This document shows positions 25,515-38,869 of a stretch of DNA of 64,000 nucleotides, one piece after another. Source of the DNA: Nemertoderma westbladi. Lineage: Eukaryota > Animalia > Xenacoelomorpha. The stretch spans positions 48,835-112,834 of the forward strand of contig JAUCBJ010008332.1 of NCBI GenBank assembly GCA_032718475.1. Direction: 5' to 3'. Each line of letters starts with the position of its first letter. The stretch's first letter is position 1. The position numbers were made by a program, and so were the translations under genes. Below the pieces are notes generated by a model. The model was not told the DNA's origin and searched no databases. It was given only the letters and a program-made list of their open reading frames with translations.

Positions 25515-28500
25515 ATGAGTAATTTGACAAATACTGATGCTCCAGTAACAGAGAATTACGAAACTGCAGACGATACTAGCCCACAAGAAAATGGCGGTAC
25601 AACAACTTATGCCACCTCTGACGAAGCTGGACCAATAACACCTAATGTAGGGACAGTAGTAGCGACTGAGATGCAAGTTGATGGTGCAGATAGAGTTAGT
25701 GTAGTATATATGCAGAACAACGAAGAAATTCCGGAAGTTTTAAGTGACAGGGGAGATGTGTCACTACGTGTTACTACATTAGCAAAGCGTGCAGGAGGAC
25801 ATATGGCGGAAATTACACGCGCCACAAATCAGTTATTAAAATTGTTAGAATGTGGATCCTATAGTCGAAGTAGATTGATTTCTCTTCAAAACAAATACAA
25901 TCAAACCATCATGGTTCAGAGTAGTAAACTTCGAGAACTTGTAGATGAGGCAGAGTCACTTCAAGATTCTAGGAATCTGACAATGCTATTTGATAAATTG
26001 CAAAATGTTCGGGTAAATTATCTGCGTGTATCTGCACTGTTTGATATACAAAGGTCTAAGTTGAAGGATGAATTGATTGGTGAATCCGCATCGCAGATTG
26101 AAATTAGAGACGAAGAAGGAGAGTTAGGAGAATGGAGACGAGTATTTATTGAATCATTGGAGCGGTATTTATTAATTAAGGGGGTAGTTATTCCTGGACT
26201 ACCATTACCAACCACTGCAAATATGCAAGTAGCAGCCGTATCTGAAGGAAATATTTGGAGAAGGAAGTCTGAAGAAAGCAGACAAATACCTGTTAACTCA
26301 AGAAGGGCTCGATTTGTAGCAGGAAGCGAGATATCTATGGCATCATCTCAAATAGCACAATTGCGTAGGTAAGAGTGTGAGCAGGCTAGGCTCATTGCTG
26401 AGCAGAAGGAAGCAGATTGTTCCCAATTAGCAGATCAACACTTATCAGAAGAAGTAGAAGAGGTGTTAAACTTAACCCGAGATATGCAACAGATGAACTT
26501 GGAGGAAATAAACCAACAGACTGCTGAAACGAATACAAATCGGATTGAGCGTGAACGTGTAGCAGAACTGGAGCGCTTGCGTATAGAAGCAGAGTTAGAA
26601 ACTGTCTGTCGAGATCGCGAAGCAAATGAGAAGCGATTAGAACGAGAAGAAGAAATTGCACGCTTAAAGCGCGAAGATGAACGGGCTGAACGGGAACGTG
26701 CCACCAAACGCATTCAAGATGCTTATTTATTGGAGCTGGAGCGTTTAAGAGTAAAACGAGCTGCAGATGATGAGCGAGATCGGAATGCAGATAAATTAAG
26801 GCGAGCGGAGCGGGAGAAGCTAATTATTGCAAATAAGCGCGAACATTTAGAAGCGCGAAAGGCGACCATGGTTCTAGAACAGCAAAGAAGACAGCAAATT
26901 TTAGAATATCAGCGTAAGCAAGACGCTATTGCTGATGTTCAAAGACGTATAATTTCAGAGAAAGAAGATTTGGAAACCTCAAAGTGACTGGAAAGGGCAG
27001 AGTCTTTTTTTAAAAAGATTCGATAAGTTTGAATCTTCAGTCATTAGATTTAATACTGGGAGAAACTCTGGAGACACTACGGCTGACCAACATATGATGA
27101 TGTCATTTAAGACTCATTTTCACGATATGATGTGATTGAGGGTGCTCAAATTACTGACCCAGTGGAGATAGCACTTCAAGATTATCAGAAAAGACATGAT
27201 GACATCAAATTAAGAAATAACATTAAGTTAAGAGGAAATCGAATAGGTCTAAATACGGAACAACCAAACATAGCCAATATGATGAAATCAACTCCAGTGA
27301 ACCCGGAGGAAAGGGAAACTAGTGTTAGAGTGCCATTGTTCCCTATGGGAGCGGAGCGAGCCACACATTCAATAGAAAACTTTATAACAAAGGAAGAGGG
27401 GGAACATTATGCATCTGGGGAGTTATACCCGAGAGATGTTAGTCATATTCAACCAAATCCCGATACACCTATAGAACCAAAGTTTCCTATTGGACAAGTA
27501 GTACAGGAAGCGATTGCGAAGGGTAACGAGCCTGTAATGAGGATTGTAAGAGAAGTTCAAGCAGCTATACAGCGTGTTGACGATCGAGTTACTCGATCTG
27601 AAGAACGAATAGAACGACAACAGATAGCAGCTCGGCGTAATGAGAATGCTGAGTACAATGAATATGATAATGTAGATGAAGAAGGAGAAGGAGATTATAT
27701 GCCGACTAATCCTAAGGTGATATTTATTGACAATAACTTCAGGACGGACAGTGAGGACAGCATAACCAAGGTAGAAAAGAGGCCTAATAAACTGGGGAAT
27801 ATTTCGAGAAATCGACTAAGTCACACGAGACAAACTGTAGACTTTGAACCAGTACAAACTGAGCCAATGGTAGCTTGTAAGGTCAAATATTGCTGATGAT
27901 AGATATATAGCTGAGGAAATAACGCGCTTTCCTGCAAGGCAAGTATTGCCGCCACAGAAACCACCAAGATTTACTGGTAATGCAAAGTATTGGCGTACTT
28001 TTAGTAACTATGTGGAGACACAAATAGCGGCACAAGACTTTACTCCGACAGAAAAGTTCAATTATTTGTTCCAGTTACTTGACAAAGAACCACGTATTTT
28101 AGCAGACACCTACACAGGCAATCCTAGGGCATTTCAACTTGCTTACGATAGATTAACAAAGGTCTATGGTGGGAGCACAAAAATGGCTAGATCTATAGCA
28201 GATGAGTTAACAAGTGGTAATCCAGCCACAGATAGTGCTGGTTTATTAATATTAGCAGATGAGATCAATAATGCGCTGCAGGTTTGGCCCACACTTGGAT
28301 GCGAGTCTTATGGTGAGAGGCCAGACATACTAAAAGAAGTAGTTAAGCGGCTGAGTGTTAGACACTGTCAGAAGTGGAGAAAGTTAGAGAGTAAGATTGA
28401 GGACAGAGGAGAAAAGGTGTCTTTGAAACATATCTACGACATTATAAAGATAGAAGCAGAGTCTGAGCTGCGGTCTAACTATTCTGAACAATATTTGCAC

Positions 28501-30535
28501 ATAGATCAGAAAGTTTCAGTTTTAAAATCGAAAGTGGCTTTCTCAGCAGAACAACCTAGGACTTATAACTCTCTGGGAAGCACTAGAGACGACACACTCA
28601 AGGTAGCTGCACCCATAGGATCAATTCCAGCACAATCTCAGACATTATCGGCAGATTTTAGAGGGTGCCAATATTGTCACCAACAATTTCAGAAATACAA
28701 CGATCACAAATTGGGCAATTGTAATCTATTCTGTAAATTAGATGTCGAAAAACGTCGTTTGGCAATTAGAAGTTTAGATGCTTGTTGGAAGTGCCTAGGT
28801 GCGGGTCACAAATGTAGAGCATGCACAGCTAGTGCTACAACGAAGGGGTGTCCAGACTGTGGCAGACTGCACCACAGACTCCTACATACTCGACAGCATA
28901 CCCCTACTAAACAATACCTAGCTGAACATCCCAACTACAATATTATAACTTCAACCGAGCCAAATAGAAATGTGATATTTACTGGAATAGGACCTGATGA
29001 GTATGATAATCAATCTGGATCTTCGTGCGAAGAAGGATATTTAGGTCTACCAAGTGATGTTCGGACTGGTGTCTCTGAATGCGATACCACTCACAATGCT
29101 ACGTTTCATACTCGAGCACAAACAAGTTCGTTCAGTGTGGTTCCGATCAGAATTAGTGGTGAGTTAGGATCAAAACGGATATATTGCCTTATGGATCCGG
29201 CTTCTAGTCATAGTTATGTGGATGAAGAAATTGCCAGTGTGGTAACAAATATCCGAAATGCAAGATCAGATATGATGGACATCGGGTCTCTTCATGGTAG
29301 GAAATTAGTATCGATTAAACATGTGACGCTAACATTGGACTCACTGTTACCTAAACAACACCATAGCGCCAGGGAACTCAATTATCTTCCATTGCAGGAC
29401 GTTCAGTTTGCAGCTATAAGAGATTTTACACAATTATTATGATTGGTATCCTTACCAAACAAATTTGAAAGAGAATATATTTCACAGTTAGATATTCCAG
29501 AATGTAGAGCAAATTATCGCAATATTGCGATGATCATTGGAACCAATATATTCACAGCCCATCAGGTTTGGGAAACTAGACCTGTAGAATTTATGCCTGG
29601 TGAACCATATGCAAATAGAACAATATTAGGGTGGTATACTAGGTTTCCAAATAAATGGAGTAGTTACAACAACGACTAGCTATGTGTAATATGTTGCCTA
29701 GCAAGGAAGTTGGAATCTTAGCAACTGATACCAAATCGGAGGTAAGTGAACCAAGTGATTTAGAAAGTGAGTTTTGCATCAGTGAAATTAGCTCTACCGA
29801 CTCTAGGAAAATGGATGGCATCTTCCGTTTTAACTACCCAGAACAATACCACGATGTGGATTTCACTGCAGACCAAAACAAACCTATAACTATGGAGCCT
29901 GGATCTAGCGAATATGTAGAGACTACATCGTTTTTTGCAAATTGCAATGTATTGACCAGACAAAACGCATTAAAATGTATTGACAGCAATGAGATAGAAG
30001 AAGAAGCATTGAGAGAAGCGTACGATTTAATTGAAATAGATAGACAAATGGACCTCAAAACTTTAAACTGGTTAGAACAAGATACAGTTGAGCCAAATAG
30101 TTACGACCTCTCTGTCTGCCAATGAAAGAAAGTCTTTAGACATCATGGACAAAACTCTCAAGAAGCTTCCAAACGGACACTTTGAAGTTAGAATGCTGTG
30201 GCGGAATGAAAGGACCAAGTTGAAAAACAATTATTCACTAGCATTGAAACAACTCAAATCAGTTAGACAGCGCCTCCTAAGGAACGAGACGGTACATCAA
30301 CAATACCGTACACAAATAAATAAATATCTAGAAAATGGATATGCAAGGAAAATGGAGCATCCTGAGATTACTACAGATCAGACCTACTATTTACCTCACC
30401 ATTACGTGACACATCCCGAAAAACCTGGACAGGTAAGAGTAGTAAACGACTGTAGTTTACTATACTTAGGACAGTCACTTAAATACAGAATTGATGGACG
30501 GCCCAAATCAGAATAATTCATTGATTGGCATACTA
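25515..30535 (+). pseudogene. BEL/Pao gag-pro-(partial RT) polyprotein, broken into several ORFs
   Basis: Coiled-coil N-terminus; DUF1759-like PPRFTGNAKYWRTF...KFNYLFQLL; three Cys/His knuckles (CQYC..H..C, CWKCLGAGHKCRAC, CPDCGRLHHRLLH); aspartic protease CLMDPASSHSY; MIIGTN..PYANRTILGW; RT start YYLPHHYVTHPEKPGQVRVVNDCS..GPNQNNSLIGIL, then truncated with no RT core, RNase H or integrase. Confidence 0.92.
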
Positions 30536-31077
30536 TGTTGCAACTATGTTGCTACAAATTATTATCATGTTATATTTGTGATTGACAGACAGTCAATGAT
30601 TAATTGTCCTACTTACTCAATTTATATTTAATTTAATATGGAAATTGATTTAATTTGTATCATTCGATCGAAGAATCCTTCGTATTTATGTAAAAGATTA
30701 AACTCATTATAATAATGGAAATTTATTGTGAAACGATAATGGTAAGCGAAATTAATAGTGTTTTTTTTGTAAATATAAATATTTGGTAAGCATTAGTACA
30801 CAAGTAATTTTGTTACTGTTATATGGAGGTTTCTCGGCTGGAAGAAATTTATTGCTAAGATATTTTCTTTTCAATGATGGATAAATAATACTAGTTACAC
30901 AAAATGTATGAAGAATGTTTTATTTGCTAATTTTGCGTATTGTGCATTATTCAATCTTTTTTTGAGTATTAATATGTGTCTATTTTAGTTTATAGAAGTA
31001 TAATTGTGAGACATTAGAAACTACGTTATGCCGGTGTTTGTAAACGTTATCCTTTAGACGATAACGTTTAGGAGCGG

Positions 31078-32642
31078 TATAAAATGCTATGGCTACTAAA
31101 TTTCAAATTTTTTAATATCTATTGCCATCCGATCCGATCCGATCCGATCCGATCCAATTAGTAAACAAGTTTTTGAAATATAAATTAAACTTATATTTGT
31201 ATTTTAGATAGATGATTTAGTTATTATGGTCCATTTTTGCATATCATTGCGGTGAATCAACCTGTTATTTCTATTTGCAAGTAAAGTTATTGTTGTTAAG
31301 GGTTGCTAAGTGATCTACATTAAATTTAGAGTACTTTTATTAGTATTTTAAATAGAAGTTGACAACTACCTGTTAATGGCTTTAGGCCTGGCAGCTGTTA
31401 TATAAACCACGCCATATGAGTGGAGCGTTTTCTGTGCGCTGGTCCAATCAGGAGCGAGCAGCATTGCCCTCTAAGCATTACCCGTAGTAATACATTGCAG
31501 CTAACCTCAGCTCAATAGAAATTGTGAGTTTATATATTAGTTTTGGGGCCCAAATCCCATTTTTATCTCAACTCAATTCTAGCTTGATTCTTCCTTAGTT
31601 AATTTCTTGTCATTTATATTAGTTTTGAATTTGAGCAATATGTTTTGCGTATATTAGTATAGAAATTGTCCTTGTAATAATATGTCTTAAATTATATTAT
31701 ATTTGAAAGTCAGTTTAATGTTTTAATGGATTATTGTTTTGGAAACGCTACAGCTTACAGCGGCCATGTTGGGGCGTATAGGGTAATTTGGCGAAGGGAT
31801 GAGACGCCTCAACGAACATTGGAAATAGTAAAGGGAAGTATGGGGCTTATTTTGGGCTAACAGATTGGTTTTGGGGGGCTAAATGGGTTTCAATACGTCC
31901 TAAAGATATAGTACTGCTTCATAGGTAACAGTATAATAAATTGGGAAGGAATGAGTAAATTTAGTTGTATTTCCCGTTTTGAACCTGACTTGTTTGTAAA
32001 TAAATTATATACCGCAAGTCAATCGGAGATTAAACTAAATTGGGGGGATACGCGAGTAAAAATAGGTCTTGCTTGTGTACGTTTTCAGGGCAAATGTTTT
32101 GGGTTAGTTAGGTATCATCCTTCAGTGGTCCATTTAGAAAACTACGGGATATTTGTAATATGTGCCAAGTTTAGCCATTGGGCATAACCTATAGATAAGA
32201 AAATTGTTCTTAGATAATTTGTACTATTCTAGAACGAGAGTGTAGTTACAGTACAGATCATTCATTCTAGAACTGAAAAATCGGTTTTCTAAGGTGGGAT
32301 GGAATCCTGGTGAGTCTCAAACATTTCTGGCCTATTTTAAATTTAGGTTTATATTTTAATGCGGTAACAATCTGTAGTCAGGATTTTTCGGCTTATAAAA
32401 TGGATATTTCGCATCTACACTTACTGTAAATTATAAAGGTGATAGTAACAGGTGCTATTACATTGAAGTCCTGGACCAGCGTTTTCTTTTGCTTGTGATA
32501 GATAATTAGTTTTCCCTGGTGGGGGTTTTTATTTCGAAATATATATATTTTGCTGGACGAATTTGAGATCGCAATTTTAGTTTATACTAAGATTGTGGAT
32601 CGAAGATTCGTTGGATATTATTTGGTTCCTACGAATTCTACA
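31078..32642 (+). repeat. 3' LTR (1565 bp, with a 34-bp (GATCC)n insert)
   Basis: Direct repeat of 23337-24865 plus an insertion at 31123-31156. Confidence 0.95.
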
Positions 32643-33671
32643 CAGAGCACAATCTTAAGCAGCCAATAAGGAGCGGGCAATAATTCAATTGTTCTTGTCA
32701 TTCATTACAGCCACTAAAAGTTTCAGTAACTAAAATATAAAAGATTTTGACTGGCCTACAGTAGAAGTAGGCTACTGTTCGTATAATACAATATAACGCA
32801 ATACATACTCTACTATGAAGTGGGTATAAACTCGTATAACTGTAACTCGTCCTTATTAACTTGTCATCCTTATCCCGACTGCGTGTCTTTCCATCACTAC
32901 CAAAAATCTTGAACCCAAGGTCGAACTTGATGTTCTTGATTGCTATTTAAGTGTGAAACGTGAGTTCTCCCTCTGAATTTATACGGGCTTGGGACCGTTT
33001 TTTGTGTTTTTAGAACACAAAAAGCTGCATTAAAAACTCATGAGATTGTATTGTCATGCTCTCTGAATGCTAGATCAGCTCCCCACTCAATGCGTGGCTC
33101 GCCCCACTATGCTTTGTTTTATTTTGCACATCATGTACGACCCTCTACACGATTTGAACTACACTTGAATACACGTTTTGCAAGCGTTTCTCACTCGTTT
33201 GTACTCTTTTGTACTATTTTTGCACTCTTTTGTACTATTTTTGCACTTTATTGTACTCTTTTGTACTATTTTGTATTTTTTTGTACTTATTTGTACAAAT
33301 TCGTCTGACCCACCTGTGGCACTACTGTAGTTCCCTTGATCCACAAATCAAAATTTTGGTTTCTAACTAAGTTTGGACCCATTTGATGACATTTTATGCA
33401 TGCAGGAAGTTCTTTCTTGAGTTATTGACCTTTCATCAATGTGTTATATAGTTATAAATTTCATTAAGGTTCATCGCGATGGCTCAAAATTTCAACCCCC
33501 TTGGGATCCGTGAAGATAGACAAAATTTATAGAAATTTTTTTTGCCTTAATTTTTTACCATTTGGCAACTTTTGTGCACCGGTAGAACAATGAAATCAAA
33601 AAAAAGTAAAAAATGCACCGCCCTAATGTATAGCTGCCAGTGAATGAGTACCAGCACCAGCAGAGCACTTA

Positions 33672-34192
33672 GGCCCCCCTCACACGGAGCAACTTGTTTC
33701 TGCAACTTGTTTCTGAAACTTGTTGCTGGACCCCCTCACACACAGAAACTTGTTGCTGCAACTTGTTTCCGAAACTTGTTTCTGTGTGTGAGGACTCTAG
33801 CAACAAGTTTCTGCAACTTGTTTCCGAAACTTATTTCTGTGTGTGAGGGGGTCCAGCAACAAGTTGCTGGAAGTTATATACCCAGCAACTTTTTAAAAAA
33901 CCTTTTTTAAATCCAATTTTTAGATTAGAGCTAATATTCGATAAATTGAGTGATTTGATATTATATATAAATGACTGGAAATGTTAGCTATTTGTTTTGA
34001 AATAATTGTTATTTTCTTGAGCAACAAGTTTCTGTGTGTGAGGGGGTCCAGCAACAAGTTGCTGAAACAAGTTTCGGAAACAAGTTGCAGAAACAAGTTG
34101 CAGCAACAAGTTTATGTGTGTGAGGGGGTCCAGCAACAAGTTTCAGAAACAAGTTGCAGAAACAAGTTGCTCCGTGTCAGGGGGGCGGGGCC
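33672..34192. mobile_element. PIF/Harbinger-like palindromic MITE
   Basis: TTA|GGCCCCCCTCACACGGAGCAACTTG ... CAAGTTGCTCCGTGTCAGGGGGGCGGGGCC|TAA, with internal AACTTGTTTC/GAAACAAGTT repeats. Confidence 0.75.
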
Positions 34193-37100
34193 TAATACGG
34201 ATATAATACTGGGCAGCAGGGACTGGTACAGCAGTACTGACTGACATTGACAGATTGGTTACACTCCCTCAAAATTGAATTTGCATTGGCGTGGCGCTCT
34301 TCAAAATTGTTTCAATGTGTGGCGCGCTTAAAAATTTAGTTGGCGCGGGGTTCCATCGAAATTGCATCGGCGTGCTTAAAAATTTAGTTGGCGCGGGGTT
34401 TTCTTCGAAATGGCATCAGCGCGCGGCGCGCATAAAAATTGGTTGGCGCGCTATCCGGCGCACTTTTTGGACGGATTCCATACAGGCCCTACATCCATAT
34501 TCGCGCCAGGACCACCAGGCAGCCAGGATCCTCAATGCGCGCCACACGCCCCTGTCACTACGCGCCAGGATCCTAAATCCGCGCCACACATGTTGAGCAA
34601 ACTCTACATAAATTCCAACCTGGCATGGGTCTGTGCAATTGCAATATTTCATTGTTCTTCAAATATTTTATTTATTTATTTATATACAGTATTTTATATG
34701 TCCGAACAAGCACCAATATGCAGATATGTGATGTATCTTGAAAGCTAACATGTTGGAGGGGGGGGGGGGGGGGTGCCTTTCTTGTCTGCTTGTTCTATGC
34801 TTTTTTTCTTTTTTTGTGTTTTTTTTACCTTTTTTGTGCTTTTTTGTGTTTTTTTGTGCTTTTCTTGACTTTTTTGTGCTTTTTGTAGTATTTAGTAGAA
34901 AAAAAATAAAACTTCATAGAAAAAAACAATTTTAAATAGATGATTTTCCGCTTCGAGCAGCACAATAGAAAATCATGAGTTTATGGCTGTATGGCTTTTT
35001 TTTTCGAAAAGTCAATTTATACCTGTTTTCAAATGTGCACCATTTCCTCAATTTTCCTTCAATTTGCCGGAAAATCTACAGAAAGATACTCCAGGTCGTG
35101 TATTTAATGTGATGTAAAATTTACGGTTGCAGAGGAGGGCGATGCGCCCTTCGCGCAGCACGTGAAAAAAAACTGTATTTTCTAGAAAAAAAAACCAGTA
35201 GTTCTTAATTTGACCACTGTCAATGTCAGTACTACTGCGACTGCCCTGCCAGTACTGCAGTACCAGACTGCCAGACAGCCAGACAACCGCACTACAGCAC
35301 TACTGGACCGGCTGACCGCGACCGGTACCTACTGTGCTGTAATGTAAGTAGGCAATCAACTAACTAATAGTCAAATAATATTTCAAATGGCGATGTTCAA
35401 TTGTACCGACGCGCCGTCGGTAGGCCTACAATTGCCAGTTTAAGTGCCTTGACGATTTGCGATTAGCAGAGATTTGTCGGACAGTCGGACGTCATCTGCA
35501 GTCTTTCAGTGGTGGATCAGAGATGGTCTCGATCAGGGAAACACCCCCAATGTGTTGTCATTGCTCGATGGCATGGCAATGACTGAATGATGTTATCTTC
35601 GAGGAAGTCTCGTTCTCTACGTCGTCCTGACGCTCATCAACTCATGTCAGCATGTGGAGATGCACACCAGGGCTGGCAACGTAGGTTTTTTAGCACCTAG
35701 GTTTTTTAGGTTTTTTTAAATCACCATTTTTTGAAAATTTCATCAAAAATAGGTTTTTTAAGTTTTTTTTAGTTAAATGTGCTTTAAAATACGGTCCTAC
35801 GAATTACCGCAAAAGACCGCAAAAGACCAAAAAAGACCGCAAAAGACCACAAAAGACCGCAAAATACCACAAAAGACCGCAAAAGACCACAAAAGACCGC
35901 AAAAAACCACAAAAGACCGCAAAAAACCACAAAAGACCTGCAAAAGACCACAAAAGAACAGAGAAGGCATGGATATACTGCAAGACGAATTACCGCAAAA
36001 GACCGCAAAAGACCACAAAAGACCGCAAAAGACAGCAAAAGACCGCAAAAGACTGCAAAAGACCACAAAAGAGCACCAAGAAGTGAAAATTTAGTATTAG
36101 CGAGTGTCAGGCGCAGTCAGGCAGTCAGGTCAATGTATAGAAGTTTTGTAGACCTACATTATGAATCAGACTGTCTGATCTGAAATTATTATACAGTACA
36201 TTGTCATAATGTATTAATTAGATTTTGATACAGTTCAACAATTATTTCACAACTTATTATTGTTTTAGGTTTGCTGGATGGAAATGTGGGAAGGTGGATG
36301 GGAATGTGAATGTGGGAATCAATAAACGCTGTTGTTACCTACCAATTTAAGGAAAGGAGCAGGTTACAGCGGCAGCATTCTAACCAAAACAATAAACTAT
36401 GTTGTTAACGGTACCAACCACAGTACAAATTGAGGGAAAGTAGCAGAGGATCGGACAGCCACAGCACAATGATCGGTGAACAAAACAAGCCCAAAACAAA
36501 CAAGCCAATAAAAACAAAGAAGACAATGAGCGAGATGGCAAAATAGGCCCCTACAAAATATTGTAGTTAAAAAGTACTGTAAAAGTTTGGTATGGTATGG
36601 TCAATGGTCATTATGTGATTACGGGTCTGCCAAACACCCAACTTTCACCCAACTCAGCAACTACACCCCACTTCCGCCCAACTACACAACTTTCACCCAA
36701 CTACACCCAACTTCAACCCAACTGTATCCAACTTACACCAAACTATACTGTATAGCACCCAACTTCCACAAATTATAATAATGTACAGTAACAAACTCTG
36801 AACTTCTTTGAGGAGTTGCTGAGATATGAGCTTTTTAAAACCTTCATGTACTGTATTTTGCACCCACTGCTGAGCAATTTATGAAAATACTGTAACAAAC
36901 TAACGTTTATATTTATTGCAGGTTGGTTCTAGAATAATTGATGAATTTAACAATAAATATATTGCACCCACTGCTGAGCAATTTATGAAAATACTGTAAC
37001 AAACTAACGTTTATATTTATTGCAGGTTGGTTCTAGAATAATTGATGAATTTAACAATAAATATACAAAGGAGAGACCGAGACTATTGGCGAACGATCCA

Positions 37101-37802
37101 GATACCTACAGATGTCTACAGTACATATACCATACTCACCAAAATCCCAACCTAATGAAGCTACATGTACAAACTAAACTGGCGCTGTGGGATTGCGGTG
37201 GAAATGAAAACGGTATTGATATACAGGAGGGTCACACTGTTAACGACGAAATCGCATTGGAAACTTTTGTTGTAAGGAATGACAATGTTTACAATAAGTA
37301 CAAATTTAATGGACATAATTTCTATATTATACAGTACTGTGTGTTTAATGCAATTATAATAATGTAATTATCCTTTATGTATCATAGAATACAAGAAAAA
37401 AACTAAGCAGCTTTATTTTAAAAATCATGGCCTTTATATTAATTAATAATAATTTATAACAAAACAACAGAAATAATTTTATAACTTTTTACATTTTTGA
37501 TAAACTAAAATGGGATCTGGTAATATCTGTACAGATCAAGAGAAATTCTGCAAAGAACTTTGATTCACTTCTTATTATTATTACTTCTTATTCTTTCTTA
37601 TTATTATCATTCTTATTATGATTCACATACAGGCAATGCCAGAATGGACAAGATCTTTACGAGAATCGATAAGATCGTTATACAGTACAGATCTTAGTGG
37701 AACTAATAATTCATCACACTAAGGTAGAGAATTGCGTACGTTGATCAATGTAATCATATAGACGCGGCCTGTGGTCTCTAGTACATACAGTATATGTACA
37801 GT

Positions 37803-38869
37803 CAGTGGCGGTTCTAGGGGGGGGGGGCAAGGGGGCATTTGCCCCTCCCCAGGTATCTTGGGGGGGGGGGGCTTGCCCCCTCCCTAGCGAAAGGTAATGT
37901 GGCAAATCCGTACCAGTGGGTACCGACTTTTGCTCAAAAACAGACCTCTCTGAGAAAAGACTTCTATTTTTTTTTCAAAATTTAGTTACTACCCGGCGGT
38001 CTCCATTATAAAACACTGATATTTTTGTAAAATTCTGGAACTTTGGGAATTCGGGAAAAAATCGGGAAATTTTTTCAAAGTATAATAATTTTTTTAAATG
38101 TTTTTTTGTTTATTTTTTTTCATTGGGGGCTGCGAGGAACTGTAGCTTGTTTCCGAAACCTCTTCTCCACCGTGCAGTGGCGTGCAGAAGGGGGGGGGGG
38201 GGGGGGGACCTTCCAAGGGGCGCCAAAATTTAAGCAGCAGTGGCATCATAGCCAGCTGATAGTATAATGGTGGTTCCAAGTTTAGCTTATTGATGCTAGA
38301 AATTTAGTCAATCCAACATACAAACATACATACAGTTTGGTTCTGTATTGGTTGCATAGCCTTTCAGCACTGCCCACTTTGCACATGTGAAGGTGTCACA
38401 GGTGAGAAGGTAGATGTCTCCTGCAATTGGTCCATGGTATGGTCACTGGAAATATCTCCATTGGTATGTTCAGTGGCTTTGTGGTTTAAGGCATGCAAGT
38501 AAATTTAAGCAGTAAATTTCTAAATATACTGTAATATAATTTTGCAATTAAAATAGTGAAATGGAAAGGCAGAAAGGAGTGCCACACACGTCACGTCTCT
38601 CCTCCACATCTTTGGAACGATACGGGTTACCACCAGCTGACGGCTGCGACCCTTCCATTAACTAAATAATTAGAGTAGACGCGGGTTTAGACAAAGTTGT
38701 TGTTAGGAATGTTTTTTTTTTGAACGATTTAAAGCTGGCGTTTATAAACTTGTCCAGATCGGACTCCACTGCTTGCGTGGAGCCATTTACAAGTCCGAAA
38801 AATTGACCTCAGCAAATTAAATATTTTGCCCCCCCCCCCCCCCCAAGCAAAATCCTAGAACCGCCCCTG
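37803..38869. mobile_element. hAT-type MITE
   Basis: CAGTGGCGGTTCTAGG ... CCTAGAACCGCCCCTG, exact TSD TGTACAGT. Confidence 0.88.

Larger units (their letters stand above)
23337..32642 (+). mobile_element. BEL/Pao LTR retrotransposon, internally deleted
   Basis: Two ~1.5-kb LTRs, 5-bp TSD CAGAG (23332-23336 and 32643-32647), purine-rich AGGAGCGG before the 3' LTR, and a BEL-type gag-pro-RT remnant. Confidence 0.95.
18557..33625. mobile_element. Long-TIR DNA transposon (TAGGG ends, 8-bp TSD) containing the PHD-OTU-MULE ORF remnant
   Basis: TAGGGCAGTGCGTTTTTTACTTTTTT at 18557 vs AAAAAAGTAAAAAATGCACCGCCCTA ending at 33625. Arms match as 18557-18865 with 33310-33625 and 19680-20090 with 32930-33305. 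Exact TSD ATGTATAG at 18549-18556 and 33626-33633. Confidence 0.88.
18268..34909. mobile_element. Foldback-like element (GGGTCCTAC end, CAAAAAAGCA repeats) hosting nested insertions
   Basis: Left GGGTCCTACTAAATACTACAAAAAGCACAAAA... is inverted at ~34800-34898 (...GTGCTTTTTGTAGTATTTAGTAG). AACTTCAT at 18260-18267 and 34910-34917 is a likely TSD; the last bases of the right TIR are replaced by an A-tract. Confidence 0.7.

Noticed and set aside
35777-36094. ORFs of KDHKRPQKT / FAVFCGLLRS repeats (also 41761-42071)
   Set aside because: Translations of the 10-bp TIR tandem repeats; not genes.
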